Positions 1 to 13,833 are shown, counted from the first letter of the whole stretch. The stretch: 63,916 nucleotides of DNA, filler included, from Octopus bimaculoides (GCF_001194135.2; 7 parts of 7 records of this genome joined end to end with filler, not necessarily neighbours in it); one strand, 5' to 3'. The notes: a model not told the origin generated them from the letters alone. Numbers and translations: made by a program.

Positions 1-35
1 ATATATATATATGTATATTTATATATATATATGTA

Positions 36-71
<36 letters not shown>

Positions 72-603
72 TGTATGTATGTATGTATGTATGGATATGT
101 ATGAACATTCGCCCATAAAACATGACGATCTCCCACCCAATCTAACCAATTTCTCATGGTTGTTTTCATCATTGTTCGTGTTTCATAATTCAAACTCTGC
201 TGGCGAGCAAATCCCAGGGTACGTATGTTATTGTCTTATATATCGGCATGCAGCCATCCCCTGCCCCTCAACTCCTCTGCCTCGGCACAGCTTCCCTATA
301 AGAAATATATGTCAAAATTTCTCCTAGATGGCAACATTTATTGAAACATAAGTTGCTAGCTGGGGTAATTGCTGCAAGTTTTCTCATCTTAACTTGAGAC
401 ATGCGAGATAAACGAGAAAATTACGTGCATTGAACAAATTGTGGCATTTTATTTTAATGCAATCTTTCTCTGCCATACACAAGCACAGGAACACACACAC
501 ACACACACATACACACACATACACACACATACACACACACAAAAGAGCGCATGCTTGCCCACATACGCGTATAACATAAACCGAAACGCAAATACATAGC
601 TAC

Positions 604-668
<65 letters not shown>

Positions 669-722
669 AGCACACGTGTATTTGTATAGCTGTGTCTGCA
701 CATTTATAGATATGTACGTATG

Positions 723-753
<31 letters not shown>

Positions 754-1188
754 GTATGTATGTATGTATGTATGTATGTATGCATGTACAATGGAATATG
801 TGTATGTACGCAGGAGCTTTTATTTTTTCGTATTACCCAATAAAAGACGAGGGGTCGGTTTCTAATCCAGAATCCAGATTCTTCCACTGGAATTCAAAAA
901 CACGCACACATATATGCATGTACACAATCATCTAATGAGCTTTATATACTTCTATGCAACAAATACAAATGAACAAGTTTGGGTACCACCGCTTGAATAC
1001 CGGCTCCTTTTCCACTTCTTTACTTTTATCATTTCGTATCTTTGCACATGTCTTCGCGAGTGTATGCACATCTTATTACATGCTACAATTGTAGAGCAGA
1101 TTCTTACAATCTTTTTTTAATGGCTTATACCTGTAATTACTACTGGAATGTCTTTCTTTCAAGTTATGTGAAACCCAACTTCGATTGC

Positions 1189-1246
1189 ACTTAGTTACTG
1201 AGGTACTTAGTTACTGAGGTACTTAGTTACTGAGGTACTTAGTTAC
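1189..1246. repeat. 16-bp tandem repeat (ACTTAGTTACTGAGGT), about 3.6 copies
   Basis: Three exact units plus a partial fourth, read directly. Confidence 0.95.
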
Positions 1247-1349
1247 GTGCGCGTAGCCCTATCCATGAATACACTTTATAGGTTACATACATTATATCAT
1301 ACCTTGATACAGAGTGACTACGATCCCTGTTGACAGTCAAGACGCTTAC

Positions 1350-1470
1350 TTGTATTGTAAGATGCTGGCTTCCCAACCACATGATTACTGGTTCAGTTCC
1401 ACTGCGTAACACCTTGGCCAAGTGTCTTGTGAAAGGATTTGGTAGACGGAAACTGAAAGAAGCCCGTCGT
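1350..1470 (+). mobile_element. SINE family A, tRNA-derived 5' half (internally deleted)
   Basis: gtaagatgctggcttcccaaccacatg...ggttcagttccactgcg...ggtagacggaaactgaaagaagcccgtcg matches the other family A heads (7897-8057, 13600-13746, 49879-50036, 52714-52865). Followed by a (CA)n/(TA)n tract. Confidence 0.85.
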
Positions 1471-1614
1471 GCACACACACACATACATACACACACACAC
1501 ATACATATACACACATACATACACACCCATTTATATATCTATGTGCATGTGTCTTGCTTTTGTTTGGAAAATATCAGAACACAAAGATTATTCACGTCTA
1601 TACACACAATGCTA

Positions 1615-1926
1615 GCTAAAATCATGGCTGTAGGTCATGTGTTCGATTCCTGGCGGTGCATTATGTCCTTGAGCAAGACACTTTATTTCACGTTGCCCCA
1701 GTCCACTCAGCTGTTAAAAATGAGTTGTATATGTATTTCAAAGGACCAGCCTTGTCACACTGTGTGTCACACTGAATCTCCCTGGGAACTGTGTTAAAGT
1801 TTTGCATGTCTGTGAAGTGCTCAACCACTTGCGTGTTAACTTCACGAGCAGGCTGTCGGATCAACTGGAATACTCGTCGTGGTAACCGACGAAGTGCCAG
1901 TTCAGTTCAGTTCAGTTCAGTTCAGT
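1615..1926 (+). mobile_element. SINE family D (CORE/V-SINE-like) with (GTTCA)n tail
   Basis: B-box-like gtgttcgattcct, then tgtccttgagcaagacacttt. The 3' end gatcaactggaatactcgtcgtggtaaccgacgaagtgcca is shared with 52895-52950. Simple-repeat tail. Superfamily name is by resemblance only. Confidence 0.7.
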
Positions 1927-2107
1927 GTCCAAAATGTAAGAGCGAACATTGCATCAGTCAGTCTACAAAGGAAGAGTAAGCAAATAAGCAAGCAAACAAA
2001 TTCGACTAAACCGAGGCACCTAATTTGTTGATGGTCGGAAACGTTGTAGCGCAGAATAGTCTGAGTGCGTGTATGTGTGTGTGTAGAGGGGGTTATAATG
2101 GTTGGGG

Positions 2108-2180
<73 letters not shown>

Positions 2181-3039
2181 NNNNNNNNNNNNNNNNNNNN
2201 NNNNNNNNNNNNNNNNNNNNNNNNNNNNNNNNNNNNNNNNNNNNNNNNNNNNNNNNNNNNNNNNNNNNNNNNNNNNNNNNNNNNNNNNNNNNNNNNNNNN
2301 NNNNNNNNNNNNNNNNNNNNNNNNNNNNNNNNNNNNNNNNNNNNNNNNNNNNNNNNNNNNNNNNNNNNNNNNNNNNNNNNNNNNNNNNNNNNNNNNNNNN
2401 NNNNNNNNNNNNNNNNNNNNNNNNNNNNNNNNNNNNNNNNNNNNNNNNNNNNNNNNNNNNNNNNNNNNNNNNNNNNNNNNNNNNNNNNNNNNNNNNNNNN
2501 NNNNNNNNNNNNNNNNNNNNNNNNNNNNNNNNNNNNNNNNNNNNNNNNNNNNNNNNNNNNNNNNNNNNNNNNNNNNNNNNNNNNNNNNNNNNNNNNNNNN
2601 NNNNNNNNNNNNNNNNNNNNNNNNNNNNNNNNNNNNNNNNNNNNNNNNNNNNNNNNNNNNNNNNNNNNNNNNNNNNNNNNNNNNNNNNNNNNNNNNNNNN
2701 NNNNNNNNNNNNNNNNNNNNNNNNNNNNNNNNNNNNNNNNNNNNNNNNNNNNNNNNNNNNNNNNNNNNNNNNNNNNNNNNNNNNNNNNNNNNNNNNNNNN
2801 NNNNNNNNNNNNNNNNNNNNNNNNNNNNNNNNNNNNNNNNNNNNNNNNNNNNNNNNNNNNNNNNNNNNNNNNNNNNNNNNNNNNNNNNNNNNNNNNNNNN
2901 NNNNNNNNNNNNNNNNNNNNNNNNNNNNNNNNNNNNNNNNNNNNNNNNNNNNNNNNNNNNNNNNNNNNNNNNNNNNNNNNNNNNNNNNNNNNNNNNNNNN
3001 NNNNNNNNNNNNNNNNNNNNNNNNNNNNNNNNNNNNNNT

Positions 3040-3102
<63 letters not shown>

Positions 3103-3103
3103 T

Positions 3104-3147
<44 letters not shown>

Positions 3148-3215
3148 TGTAGTAGTAGTAGTAGTAGTTAATGCTGCTGTTGTTGTTGTTGTTGTTGTGG
3201 TGGTGGTGGTGGTAT
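3040..3215. repeat. Compound trinucleotide microsatellite (AGC/AGT/TGT/TGG)n
   Basis: Read directly; representative of many such arrays in the window. Confidence 0.95.
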
Positions 3216-3532
3216 GATGACAATATTGTGGTTATGCTTGTAGTGGTGGGGGTGTTGATGGTGATAAAAGTGTTGGTTGCGCAGAAAAAAAAAAGAAAAA
3301 AAAAGAAAGAGAAGAAATAAAAAGAGAGAAAATAAAAAGGAAAAGAATTAGTTTTGCTGCTGCTGCTGCCACATACATNNNNNNNNNNNNNNNNNNNNNN
3401 NNNNNNNNNNNNNNNNNNNNNNNNNNNNNNNNNNNNNNNNNNNNNNNNNNNNNNNNNNNNNTATATATTTGTTTTGCAAATACATTTATACGCACACACA
3501 CATATGTATAAATGCATACACACATACATATA

Positions 3533-3578
<46 letters not shown>

Positions 3579-3809
3579 TATATAGCTAGATAGCTAGATA
3601 AATACATACATAGAGAGGGAGGGAGAGAGAGGGAAAGAAAGAGAGATGATCAGAGAGGGAAAATAGATAACTTGATATATTGATAGAAAAAGAGAGTTAA
3701 GCTGATGGAGAGATAGGTGAAAAGATAGAGAAAAAGGCAGAAAGAAATAGAGGGAAAGCTAAGTAGACACAGTGGTAAATAAATGAGAGAAGTTAATTGA
3801 TGGCCACAT

Positions 3810-3949
3810 AGGTATAGATAGATAGACAGAGAGACAGATAGACAGAGAGACAGATAGATAGACAGATAGATAGATAGAGAGACAGGTAGATAGATAGATA
3901 AATAGACAGGTCGATAGATAGACAGACAGGTAGATAGATAGATAGATAA

Positions 3950-4048
<99 letters not shown>

Positions 4049-4070
4049 CACAGGCAGGTAGATAGATAGA
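3810..4070. repeat. (GATA)n/(GACA)n tetranucleotide microsatellite
   Basis: Read directly. Confidence 0.95.
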
Positions 4071-4190
4071 TGTAGAAGTAACGTAGGTATAAGTAAATAA
4101 ATGAATAAAATGATGAGTAAATGGCCATACAGCTAGCTAAGTAGATCAACAAATAGATGAACAGTTAAGTATATGTGTGTGTGTGTGTAT

Positions 4191-4248
<58 letters not shown>

Positions 4249-4392
4249 GACCATACATGCATACACAGACACACACATGTATATATTTACATGTATAAGT
4301 TTGTGTATAATTATATATGTATGTGCTTGTATATGTNNNNNNNNNNNNNNNNNNNNNNNNNNNNNNNNNNNNNNNNNNNNNNNNNNNNNNNN

Positions 4393-4437
<45 letters not shown>

Positions 4438-5828
4438 CATATATAAATATGTATACACACACATATATGTATATATGCGTGTTTCTGTGTGTATGGATTA
4501 ATCCTCCATACACGGGTATTTATCTTAACGTCTCCATAATACAACCTAATGGCAACCTAAATTTCGACAGAACATAGAACAAGAGCATAGAAAGACATAG
4601 AAAAACGTCGGAACTTATCTTAGTCCAACGCTGTTCCATTCTTGTCATACTAAATGCGCAAAGTAAATGAATAGAAAATGTAAATAATAAGAGTACAATA
4701 ACAGCAATCGAACAACAAAACATCTGTGTTATTGCATAAAATCAGTAGCCGTTACTGCAGAAGATATAATACCCAGGTGTTTAGTTTCCGCTGCCGTTGT
4801 TGCTGTTGCTTTTTAACCCTAAGCAATCTTTGATTTTGCAGACCGACAATTAAAGATATCCTAGGTGTGTGTGTGTGTCTGTGCGTGCGCACGTGTATAG
4901 TTGCTTAATAAACACCGTATATATTTTCATGAACAACCAATAGTTTCACGCGTGATAACGACTCAGACAGAATTTTATAACAGGTCTGGTGCCTTCGCGC
5001 AATCCTCAGGGTATGCCCACGTGGCATATAAAAAAACTAAAACAGGACGTTAGAATAACAGAAATTATGAGAAGAGACGAGAAGAAAGTCGAAGGTTAAA
5101 GGTGGAAGTTTGAAAAACACCTGAAAAGGAAAGAGAAAAAAATGGGGCGATGGTGGCGGAGAATGAGAATTATGTCCCCTTGGACTGTAAAGCCATAATA
5201 AGGTTGAATATGCAAAGATCTTCAGGTGTGTGTATGTGTGTGTGTGTGTATGTGCGCGCGTTTGTGTGTGTGTGTTGCGTGTCTGTTTACATCATAGGAA
5301 TTTAGAAGCTTCGAGAGAACGTGAAATNNNNNNNNNNNNNNNNNNNNNNNNNNNNNNNNNNNNNNNNNNNNNNNNNNNNNNNNNNNNNNNNNNNNNNNNN
5401 NNNNNNNNNNNNNNNNNNNNNNNNNNNNNNNNNNNNNNNNNNNNNNNNNNNNNNNNNNNNNNNNNNNNNNNNNNNNNNNNNNNNNNNNNNNNNNNNNNNN
5501 NNNNNNNNNNNNNNNNNNNNNNNNNNNNNNNNNNNNNNNNNNNNNNNNNNNNNNNNNNNNNNNNNNNNNNNNNNNNNNNNNNNNNNNNNNNNNNNNNNNN
5601 NNNNNNNNNNNNNNNNNNNNNNNNNNNNNNNNNNNNNNNNNNNNNNNNNNNNNNNNNNNNNNNNNNNNNNNNNNNNNNNNNNNNNNNNNNNNNNNNNNNN
5701 NNNNNNNNNNNNNNNNNNNNNNNNNNNNNNNNNNNNNNNNNNNNNNNNNNNNNNNNNNNNNNNNNNNNNNNNNNNNNNNNNNNNNNNNNNNNNNNNNNNN
5801 NNNNNNNNNNNNNNNNNNNNNNNNNNNN

Positions 5829-5884
<56 letters not shown>

Positions 5885-6689
5885 ATACTTTAACTAGTTT
5901 AGAAAGTGAAGAAAAGGTAATACGGAAAGAAGAGAGGGGTGAAGTGGGAGACGGCGGTGCTGGTGGTTGATGTTGTCGCCGTGGTCGAAGCGAAAGCTTG
6001 TGGGGCAATGAAAAACGAGTAGAACACGCAGACGTAAAGAATACTGGATGATAAAAATCTAACATTTCACGAAGCCCGATCATGATACTTTCTTTTACAG
6101 GTACAAAGCTGGAGGTTTTATGGGATAGCTTCTATTACCACGCTTTGCCGATTTCGCTGCGTTATCTTACGTCACTTTTACGACCTTAGCTAGTGTCAGT
6201 TGTCTTCTTCGTTCTCTCGGCAAATCTTAACAGCTGAAAGATAAGACAAAATGAAAGTTTGGCTGCCAGGAATACAACAATGTTATAGGTTGCTTATGCC
6301 ATGATAATGTGTCAACTAAATGCCTACGCTGACATGTATAATTTGCAATTAAATAAAAAAGAAAAAACACTGATATTTCTAAAGTCGATTAGCCAACATG
6401 TACGCCATCATTTGCTCTTCAATTTGATGAATGAATATGTCCTCGAAGTCTGTCATATTTCCAATCTATATTGAGGATCACGTAGCGAACGAGAACAATG
6501 GAGATCTCATTAGAGAATTGGTAATTACTAAAGCAATCTACTGCTGGAGCTGGTTCTGCTGCTACTGCTGTAAATTGTGTCGAAGGATGACGGAATTACG
6601 AGAAATCCATTTCACAGAGTATCGTTCCGTTAGGCAATGACTTGTTGTTGCTATTGCAGCTGTTGCTATTGTTGTTGTTATTGTCGCAG

Positions 6690-6738
<49 letters not shown>

Positions 6739-6741
6739 AAC

Positions 6742-6794
<53 letters not shown>

Positions 6795-6979
6795 GTCCTA
6801 CCTGAGGCCGTTAGAGAAGACTTGCGTTGTCGGCGAATGTGCAAACGTGTAAAATGTTTATTTTCGCGCACGCACACGAACACACACATTGTCAAGTAAC
6901 CACATGTATAAATGTATGNNNNNNNNNNNNNNNNNNNNNNNNNNNNNNNNNNNNNNNNNNNNNNNNNNNNNNNNNNNNN

Positions 6980-7015
<36 letters not shown>

Positions 7016-7595
7016 CACATATCACCACAAGAAAAAAAACACACACTCGGTGAAGTCTGGGGATCTCGCAGGCCATTGATGTTGCCCGTCCTGCAGGTGG
7101 TGGCCATATTGAACACTTGTAAGACAGGAAATAAAAGTTGATTGTTAGTAAATACTTGTGACTTATCTGGAGTTTTCTATTGCTTTTCCTTTATTAAAAT
7201 ATTGCGTAATGAAATCGGTTCATTCTTTTTGAATAACCCCGTATATAGTACACATATTAGTCGCTGCAATTCTGTGAATCTACTGAATTTGTTATAAACA
7301 GGCTGACCACTTGTTTCTCTGAGGTAGACATCAAGAGAAGTCACTACTAGTAACATTTGAAGTCTTCTTTGAACAGTTAGATGTAAGTTTAGCTTAAAAG
7401 AAACAATGTAGTTATTAATAAGAACGGTTAAAATTAATGCATACAAGATTTCACAGTCCTACTATCACTGGTTCATAATCAGACTATAAACTTCTCTTCA
7501 GCTTACTCGCGTATATTGTGTGCGTACGTGTGTGTTTCTATGTATAATGGAGTCAAACCAAATAGCTATATATATGTATGTGTGTGTGTGTGTAT

Positions 7596-7808
7596 ACTGT
7601 TTCAGTAATTTGACTGAGGCCATGCTGGAGCACCGCCTTGAAGGGTTGATGAAATCGGCCCCAGGGCTGTTTTAAGCCTAGCACTTATTCTATCGGTGTT
7701 TTTTGCCGAACCGCTAGGTTACAGGGACAGAAACACAACAACATTGGTTGTGAAGTGGTGATAGCGGGGGTGGGGGACAAACACAGACACAATGACACAC
7801 ATATATAC

Positions 7809-7898
<90 letters not shown>

Positions 7899-8057
7899 CG
7901 GGCTTCTTTCGATTTTCGCCTACCAAATCCATTCACAAGGCTTTGGTCGACCCGAGGCTGTAGTAGAAAACACACACCCAAGATGTCATGCGGTGGGACT
8001 GAACCTAGAACCATGTGATTGGGAAGCAAGCTTCTTACCATACGGCCACGCTTGCGC
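7596..8057 (-). mobile_element. SINE family A, full-length copy with internal (TA)n/(CA)n microsatellite
   Basis: On the minus strand: tRNA-like head (gcgcaagcgtggccgtatggtaagaagcttgcttccc), body ending agaagcccgtc, a long (TA)n, then the 3' domain (tgtttgtcccc...gatagaataagtgctagg...ggtgctccagcatggcc...ctgaaacagta). Confidence 0.9.
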
Positions 8058-8226
8058 GTACATATATGTGTGTGTATACGTTATATTATGTATATATAGT
8101 AATGTCTGTTACTACTTTTACATGGCTGTTAGCTTTTATATATGCATATATATAGGCATATATAGGTATATATATATATATGTTTATAAATATATATATA
8201 CATATAAATGTATATATATATGTGTG

Positions 8227-8267
<41 letters not shown>

Positions 8268-9179
8268 GTAAGCATTTTTATGTTCGAAGTGAATAAAGTT
8301 AAAGTGAATTCTATCGAATAAACAGCAATGTCATAAAATAAAGATATTCCAGTTTTATATTTTAATGACAACTAAATAAATATACATTGATTAAGCAACA
8401 AAATTAGTCCGTGTGTTATCAGTCATTATGTTTCATTTTGATTTTCATGTGCAGCTGTTGTTGTTGTTGTTGTTATTGCTGGTGTGATACTGATTTGGTG
8501 TTGTTGTTATTATTGTTGTTGTTGTTGTTGTTGCTGTCCCTGTCGCAGAAATCCATATATTTTACTGTTTTTTTTCTTTCTGACACCATCATTGATTGAT
8601 TTTTTATATTTAACACAAAACCATAGATTTGACTGTAATATACGTTGGCAATTCTACACGAATCACTAACAAAGTTGGTATATAAAATATTCTATGAAAT
8701 ATTCTACTCGAACTCAGCTCAAATGACTAACACTTTTGACATATCACACATTTTACAAATTTCTCGTTCAACACATTTCATATATCACATTTACTACACA
8801 ATTCTGCGACACAACTCGATTTCATATACACTACCTCGTTTAATACTGCAATTCAAACATCACAGTTATGGACATAGCTCTGTGGTTAAGAATTTCCGGT
8901 TCAGTCTTTCAACACAGCAACTTAAGGTGCTATACATTTACAATCACATGTTGAAAAATGATATTATTAACGTAAGGAACGGTTTCTTTTTGAGTTAAAT
9001 ATACTCACAGGTTAATATCCATTATCAAATTGTCTTTCTAATTACATTGCAGGATCTGACGTATAGATTCAATGAAACGCCAGCTTCAAAGAATAAAAAT
9101 ATATATTCCCTAAGGCGCGACTGAAGTTGCACAAATATTAACCCTAGATACCCTCAAGAAGAGTACTTACTCCACAGCT

Positions 9180-9440
9180 GAGGCTTGTATAGAGATGACA
9201 GTTTGGCAATTTTAAGTACCATAAATAGTCAACGCTATGGAAAGATTTTGGAAAAATATAATTGGAATCGTCAAGGAATTTTGCTTCATAAATATTCGTC
9301 TCTACTAATCTAACCGCTGTCAAGTTCTCTAGACTTTTAGATAGTCAAATATTATGCCAATAGGAAGCCTATCTAGGCGACAGTATATGTTCATTGGAAA
9401 TTTAACAACGGCAGCACTAATTGGGAATTTAGTGGCCGGC
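9180..9440 (+). mobile_element. Penelope-like element RT remnant
   Basis: Translation GLYRDDSLAIL...SLDF*IVKYYANRKPI*ATVYVH resembles the PLE RT motif GLYRDDGLAI...FLD...KY.PYRKP....YIH. In-frame stops are present. Confidence 0.7.
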
Positions 9441-9467
9441 ATTACTAAATATATCTTCGATCTATCT

Positions 9468-9583
<116 letters not shown>

Positions 9584-9615
9584 TGAGAGAGAGAGGGAGA
9601 GGGAGAGAGAGAGAG

Positions 9616-9743
9616 TATGTTTGTGTGTGTGTTTGTCGCCCTCAACATCGCTTGACAACCGATGCTGGGGTCGATTTGCTCGACTAAAGGCTCCAGCATG
9701 ACCGCAGTCAAATGACTGAAACATGTAAAAGAATAAAAAGAAT
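9616..9743 (+). mobile_element. SINE family A, 3' half (internally deleted)
   Basis: tgtttgtcgccctcaacatcgcttgacaaccgatgctggggtcgatttgctcgactaaagg...cagcatgaccgcagtcaaatgactgaaacatgtaaaagaataaaaaga. Confidence 0.85.
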
Positions 9744-10319
9744 ATATATATATATATTTGTCTGTGATATGTGCATAATCATCGATGTGTTGTGTTTGTT
9801 TGTGTGTGTTTTTGAGTGTGCGTGCGCGTTTGTATGTGTGTGTCAATGTGTGTATGTGTGTATGTGTGCGTACGTGCGAGTGTGTGTGTGTGTGTGTACG
9901 TCTGTTTATTTCTCCCTCTGGCAGTGTATCTATTAAGTCTACCACTCTCCTTCCTCTTTCACCCATTCTCCGCCCTCCCTCTCTCCCTCTCTCTTTCTCC
10001 CTTCCTCCGCCTACCTCCTTTTCCTCTCAGACACCGTTATCTTGAAGAACATCAAATAATGAAGTATTTATGAGTTGTCCACGACACCAACTCACCTATA
10101 TAACTCACCACAACCCTTCTTTTCCTCTCCACCTTTTCTCTCCTCACAGTTCTAGAGAGTGCACTCACTTCTGGATGCGATACTTCTAATCACACACTCT
10201 CCAAACTTGCAAAACCCCGTCACCATCATCCGCCCTAGCTCCCCACCCCGCTCATCATCGCATCATCAGCTCCACCCTCTGCATCACCCCACCACCACCA
10301 CCTCTACCACCATCACTAC

Positions 10320-10465
10320 CTAAGGCAGCAGACAAACTGGCAGAATGGTTGGTACATCGGACAAAATGCTTCACGGTATTTCTTCCGGTTTTTACATTCT
10401 CAGTTCCAATTCGTCGAGATCGACCTTGCTTTCCATCCTTTAGGGTTCGTTGATATAAATATCAG
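10320..10465 (+). mobile_element. SINE family B, 5' part
   Basis: aaggcagcagacaaactggcagaatgg...aaaatgcttcacggtatt...tcgagatcgaccttgctttccatcctttagggt. Homologous to 34612-34830 (reverse) and 11838-11980. Confidence 0.7.
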
Positions 10466-10729
10466 CCTCGAGCCTATTGTGGAAAGAACAATTTACAGCA
10501 GTTATTACTGTTTGTTCGCTGCTGTTATTTCTTTTGCTACAGTTCACTATAGTTATTACCGTGCCTGGACTCCACTGCAGTTTTTACCGTCTGCGATAAC
10601 TCACTGTAGTCATAATCGCTCGCTATAAGTTCAACTGTTGTAAGATATTCATTGCGGTAGGAAGTCCTTTAGACATATTTGCAACTGTGTGTGCGTGTGT
10701 GTGTGTGTGTGAGAGTGTGTCCGTGTCCG

Positions 10730-10785
<56 letters not shown>

Positions 10786-10886
10786 GCTAGCTAGCTAGCT
10801 AGCTATATCTCTCTCTCTCCCCCCCATGTATAGAGAGAGANNNNNNNNNNNNNNNNNNNNNNNNNNNNNNNNNNNNNNNNNNNNNN

Positions 10887-10948
<62 letters not shown>

Positions 10949-11837
10949 AGATGTAGTGGTATGGTGAGAGCGTAAGTGACTATAAACTTGTCCATGTTTT
11001 TCCTTCTACGTTTATGAATGCATTTGTGTATGTATGCATGCATGTATGTATGTATGTATGTATGTATGTTTGTATGTATGTATGTGTATGTATGCATACA
11101 TGTATGTAAGCATGTGTGTGTGTCTGGGTATGTATGTGTGTATGTATATATACATGTATGTATGTGTGTATATGTATGCATATGTATGTCTGTATGTAAG
11201 TGAGCGTCTATGTGTCTGTCCGTTTGTCTCCGTCTATGACTACCATCGTTCTCCTCCCCTCTCCTCCTCCCCTCTCCTCCTCCAACACTCTTTGTCGGCT
11301 ACTCTTTCTCTCTCTCTCACACACACACACACATACATACATACAGACATGTATGCATACACACAGACACACGTGCGCATTTGCGCGCGTGCGCCGTTAT
11401 CTTGAAGAACATCAAATAATGAAGTATTTATGAGTTGTCCGCGACACCATTTCGGCTCTACTCCTTCCCCTCCTACCCCGTCATACTTCACCCAATCTTC
11501 CTCCTCCTCCTCCTCCTCCTCCNNNNNNNNNNNNNNNNNNNNNNNNNNNNNNNNNNNNNNNNNNNNTTAATTAATTAANNNNNNNNNNNNNNNNNNNNNN
11601 NNNNNNNNNNNNNNNNNNNNNNCACTACCACAAACATAAGACAACTTTCAGCAACAACTTTGAAAGAAGTATCTATAGAACTAGTTTTTAAACATCGAAT
11701 GGTTATGGGGAATAAAATACTAATCAAAGGGGTCCATAGGTAAAAAATGGTTGTGAACCTCTGAATTAGAAAGTAAAAAAAAAATGTCTAAGCACAACAT
11801 ATGTAAATTATCCTATACTAATTACAGTTTTACACTC

Positions 11838-11980
11838 TAAGTTCAAATTCTGCTGAGGCTGACTTTGCCTTTCAGTCTTTCAGGGTTGATAAAGTACTAG
11901 CTGAACACTGGGGTTGCTGTAATTGACTTTACCCTCCTCTGAGCTTCCTGGCCTTGTGCCAAAATTCGAAACCATTATTA
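11838..11980 (+). mobile_element. SINE family B, central core and 3' end
   Basis: gttcaaattctgctgaggctgactttgcctttcagtctttcagggttgataaagtactag...ggccttgtgccaaaattcgaaacc with an (ATT)n tail. Confidence 0.75.
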
Positions 11981-12622
11981 TTTTTATTCTTATTATTACC
12001 TTTATCATCATCATCATCAAAATTATTATCTATTTATTTATTTATTTAATATTAAGTGTATTATTTCTTTATGTTACATAATTGCAAAATGGCCAAGAAA
12101 TCTTTTGTCAACAGCGGTACAGCTTGGAAGAATTTAAGATAGACCGTTCTAAGCCATAACTTACTATTTTAGATCTTACATTTAAAAATATACTCAGTGA
12201 GAGGAGTTGAATTCTTAAGTTTTTTTTTTATTAAAGAATTAGTGACAGTGCAAGCAATAGAGCCTATATAATCAAAAAAAATTATGAATAATGATTTTAT
12301 ACAGTACACTTTATACTGCAATTTCACACCAATTTTAATGGGCTTATCAATTATGCCACTTTAGACTTATCCTTATTTGATCATATTTTAATAAGCTACT
12401 ATCTAGTCTACAAATTACTATTTAGTCTTCACTAAATTTGGTACCATCTGGGCAATCATAAATTGTAAAATTACTTTCAGTAATATTATTATAGCTGGAA
12501 ATCATTTGATAATTTGACCGAACAATTGACTTCTTTTAATGAAATTTTTATTCTTGTTCGTTTTCTTAGTTTAAAAATAATTTAAGGGGTTTCAAATAGT
12601 CTAAATTATAGATAGATATGAA

Positions 12623-12710
12623 ACCACTACTATCATTATCGACCACTACTATCATTATCTACCACTACTATCATTATCTACCACTACTATCATTATCAAC
12701 TACTACTGTT
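12623..12710. repeat. 19-bp tandem repeat (ACCACTACTATCATTATC+N), about 4.5 copies
   Basis: Read directly. Confidence 0.9.
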
Positions 12711-13214
12711 ATCAGTATGAACAATTATTGTTCAGCTGACAGCGATTAGATGTCGCGATAATAGATGCCTGGTCAGATGTAAAATAAGATCATTTGATAG
12801 TTGATAACAAAAAGTTATGCTGAGATAGCAAGTAATCTATGAGAATGTTAAAGAATATTCTTGAAATGAATGTCTTTACCTGTAAGGGATATGGAAGATT
12901 ATACCATGTTATATGTCTTTCTCTCTTTTTCGTTTTTTTTTTCTTTTTTTTCTTATTACAATACATTATTAGAATATTTTTAGTTGAAATACTATAATCA
13001 CCCTGATACATTATACACAATAAGTTATTTAGGTTTAACATTCAATCGTAATTAGTAAATTCAGAACACTTATTAATACTTTAGTATTTCTATTACCCAG
13101 ATAAGTTTTTATACTATTAATATTATATCAGTACTACTGTTATTATTGTGAGTACTTAATGAGATTCATGCATCAATTTTATACTCAGAAACATTAGAAA
13201 CATTGATTACAAAT

Positions 13215-13330
13215 TTTGATACAAGGCCAGCAATGTTGGGGGGAGTGATAAGTTGGTTACGTCAAACCCCAGCACTCAACTGGTACATATTTTATCAACC
13301 CAAAAAGAATGAGAGGTAAAGTTAAGCTCA
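13215..13330 (-). mobile_element. SINE family B fragment
   Basis: gatacaaggccagc...caaaccccagcactcaactggtacatattttatcaacccaaaaagaatgagaggtaaagtt is the reverse complement of the family B core and 3' end. Confidence 0.7.
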
Positions 13331-13336
13331 TATATA

Positions 13337-13746
13337 CTCTTTTACTTGTTTCAGTCTTTCGACTGTGGCCATGCTGGAGCACCTTTAGTCGAGCAAATCG
13401 ACCCCAGGACTTATTCTTTGGAAGCCTAGTACTTATTCTATCGATCTCTTTTGCCGAACCACTAAGTTACGGGGACATAAACACACCAGCATCGGTTGTC
13501 AAGCGATGTTGGGGGGACAAACACAGACATACAAACACATACACACATACATANNNNNNNNNNNNNNNNNNNNNNNNNNNNNNNNNNNNNNNNNNNNNNA
13601 TATACGACAGGCTTCTTTCAGTTTCCGTCTACCAAATCCACTCACAAGGCTTTGGTCGGCCCGAGGCTATAGTAGAAGACACTTGCCCAAGATGCCACGC
13701 AGTGGGACTGAACCCGGGACCATGTGGTTGGTAAGCAAGCTACTTA
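13337..13746 (-). mobile_element. SINE family A, near full-length (internal microsatellite partly in an N-gap)
   Basis: 3' domain at 13337-13530 and head at 13600-13746, in the same order and orientation as 7596-8057. Confidence 0.9.
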
Positions 13747-13772
13747 TATGTATATATATATATATATATAAT

Positions 13773-13833
<61 letters not shown>

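Noticed and set aside
4930-5040. CCAAT ... CACGTG ... TATAAAA arrangement resembling a Pol II promoter
   Set aside because: No downstream gene identified, and such motifs are common in AT-rich DNA.
6596-6870. Minus-strand ORF with poly-Asn/poly-Ser ending KSLPNGTILCEMDFS*
   Set aside because: Mostly (AAT)n/(AGT)n microsatellite; the flanks show no recognisable domain or convincing splice structure.
12623-12710. Short tandem arrays (also 1189-1246, 21184-21229, 45420-45720) as possible CRISPR-like arrays
   Set aside because: Units are adjacent with no unique spacers, and the DNA is eukaryotic.
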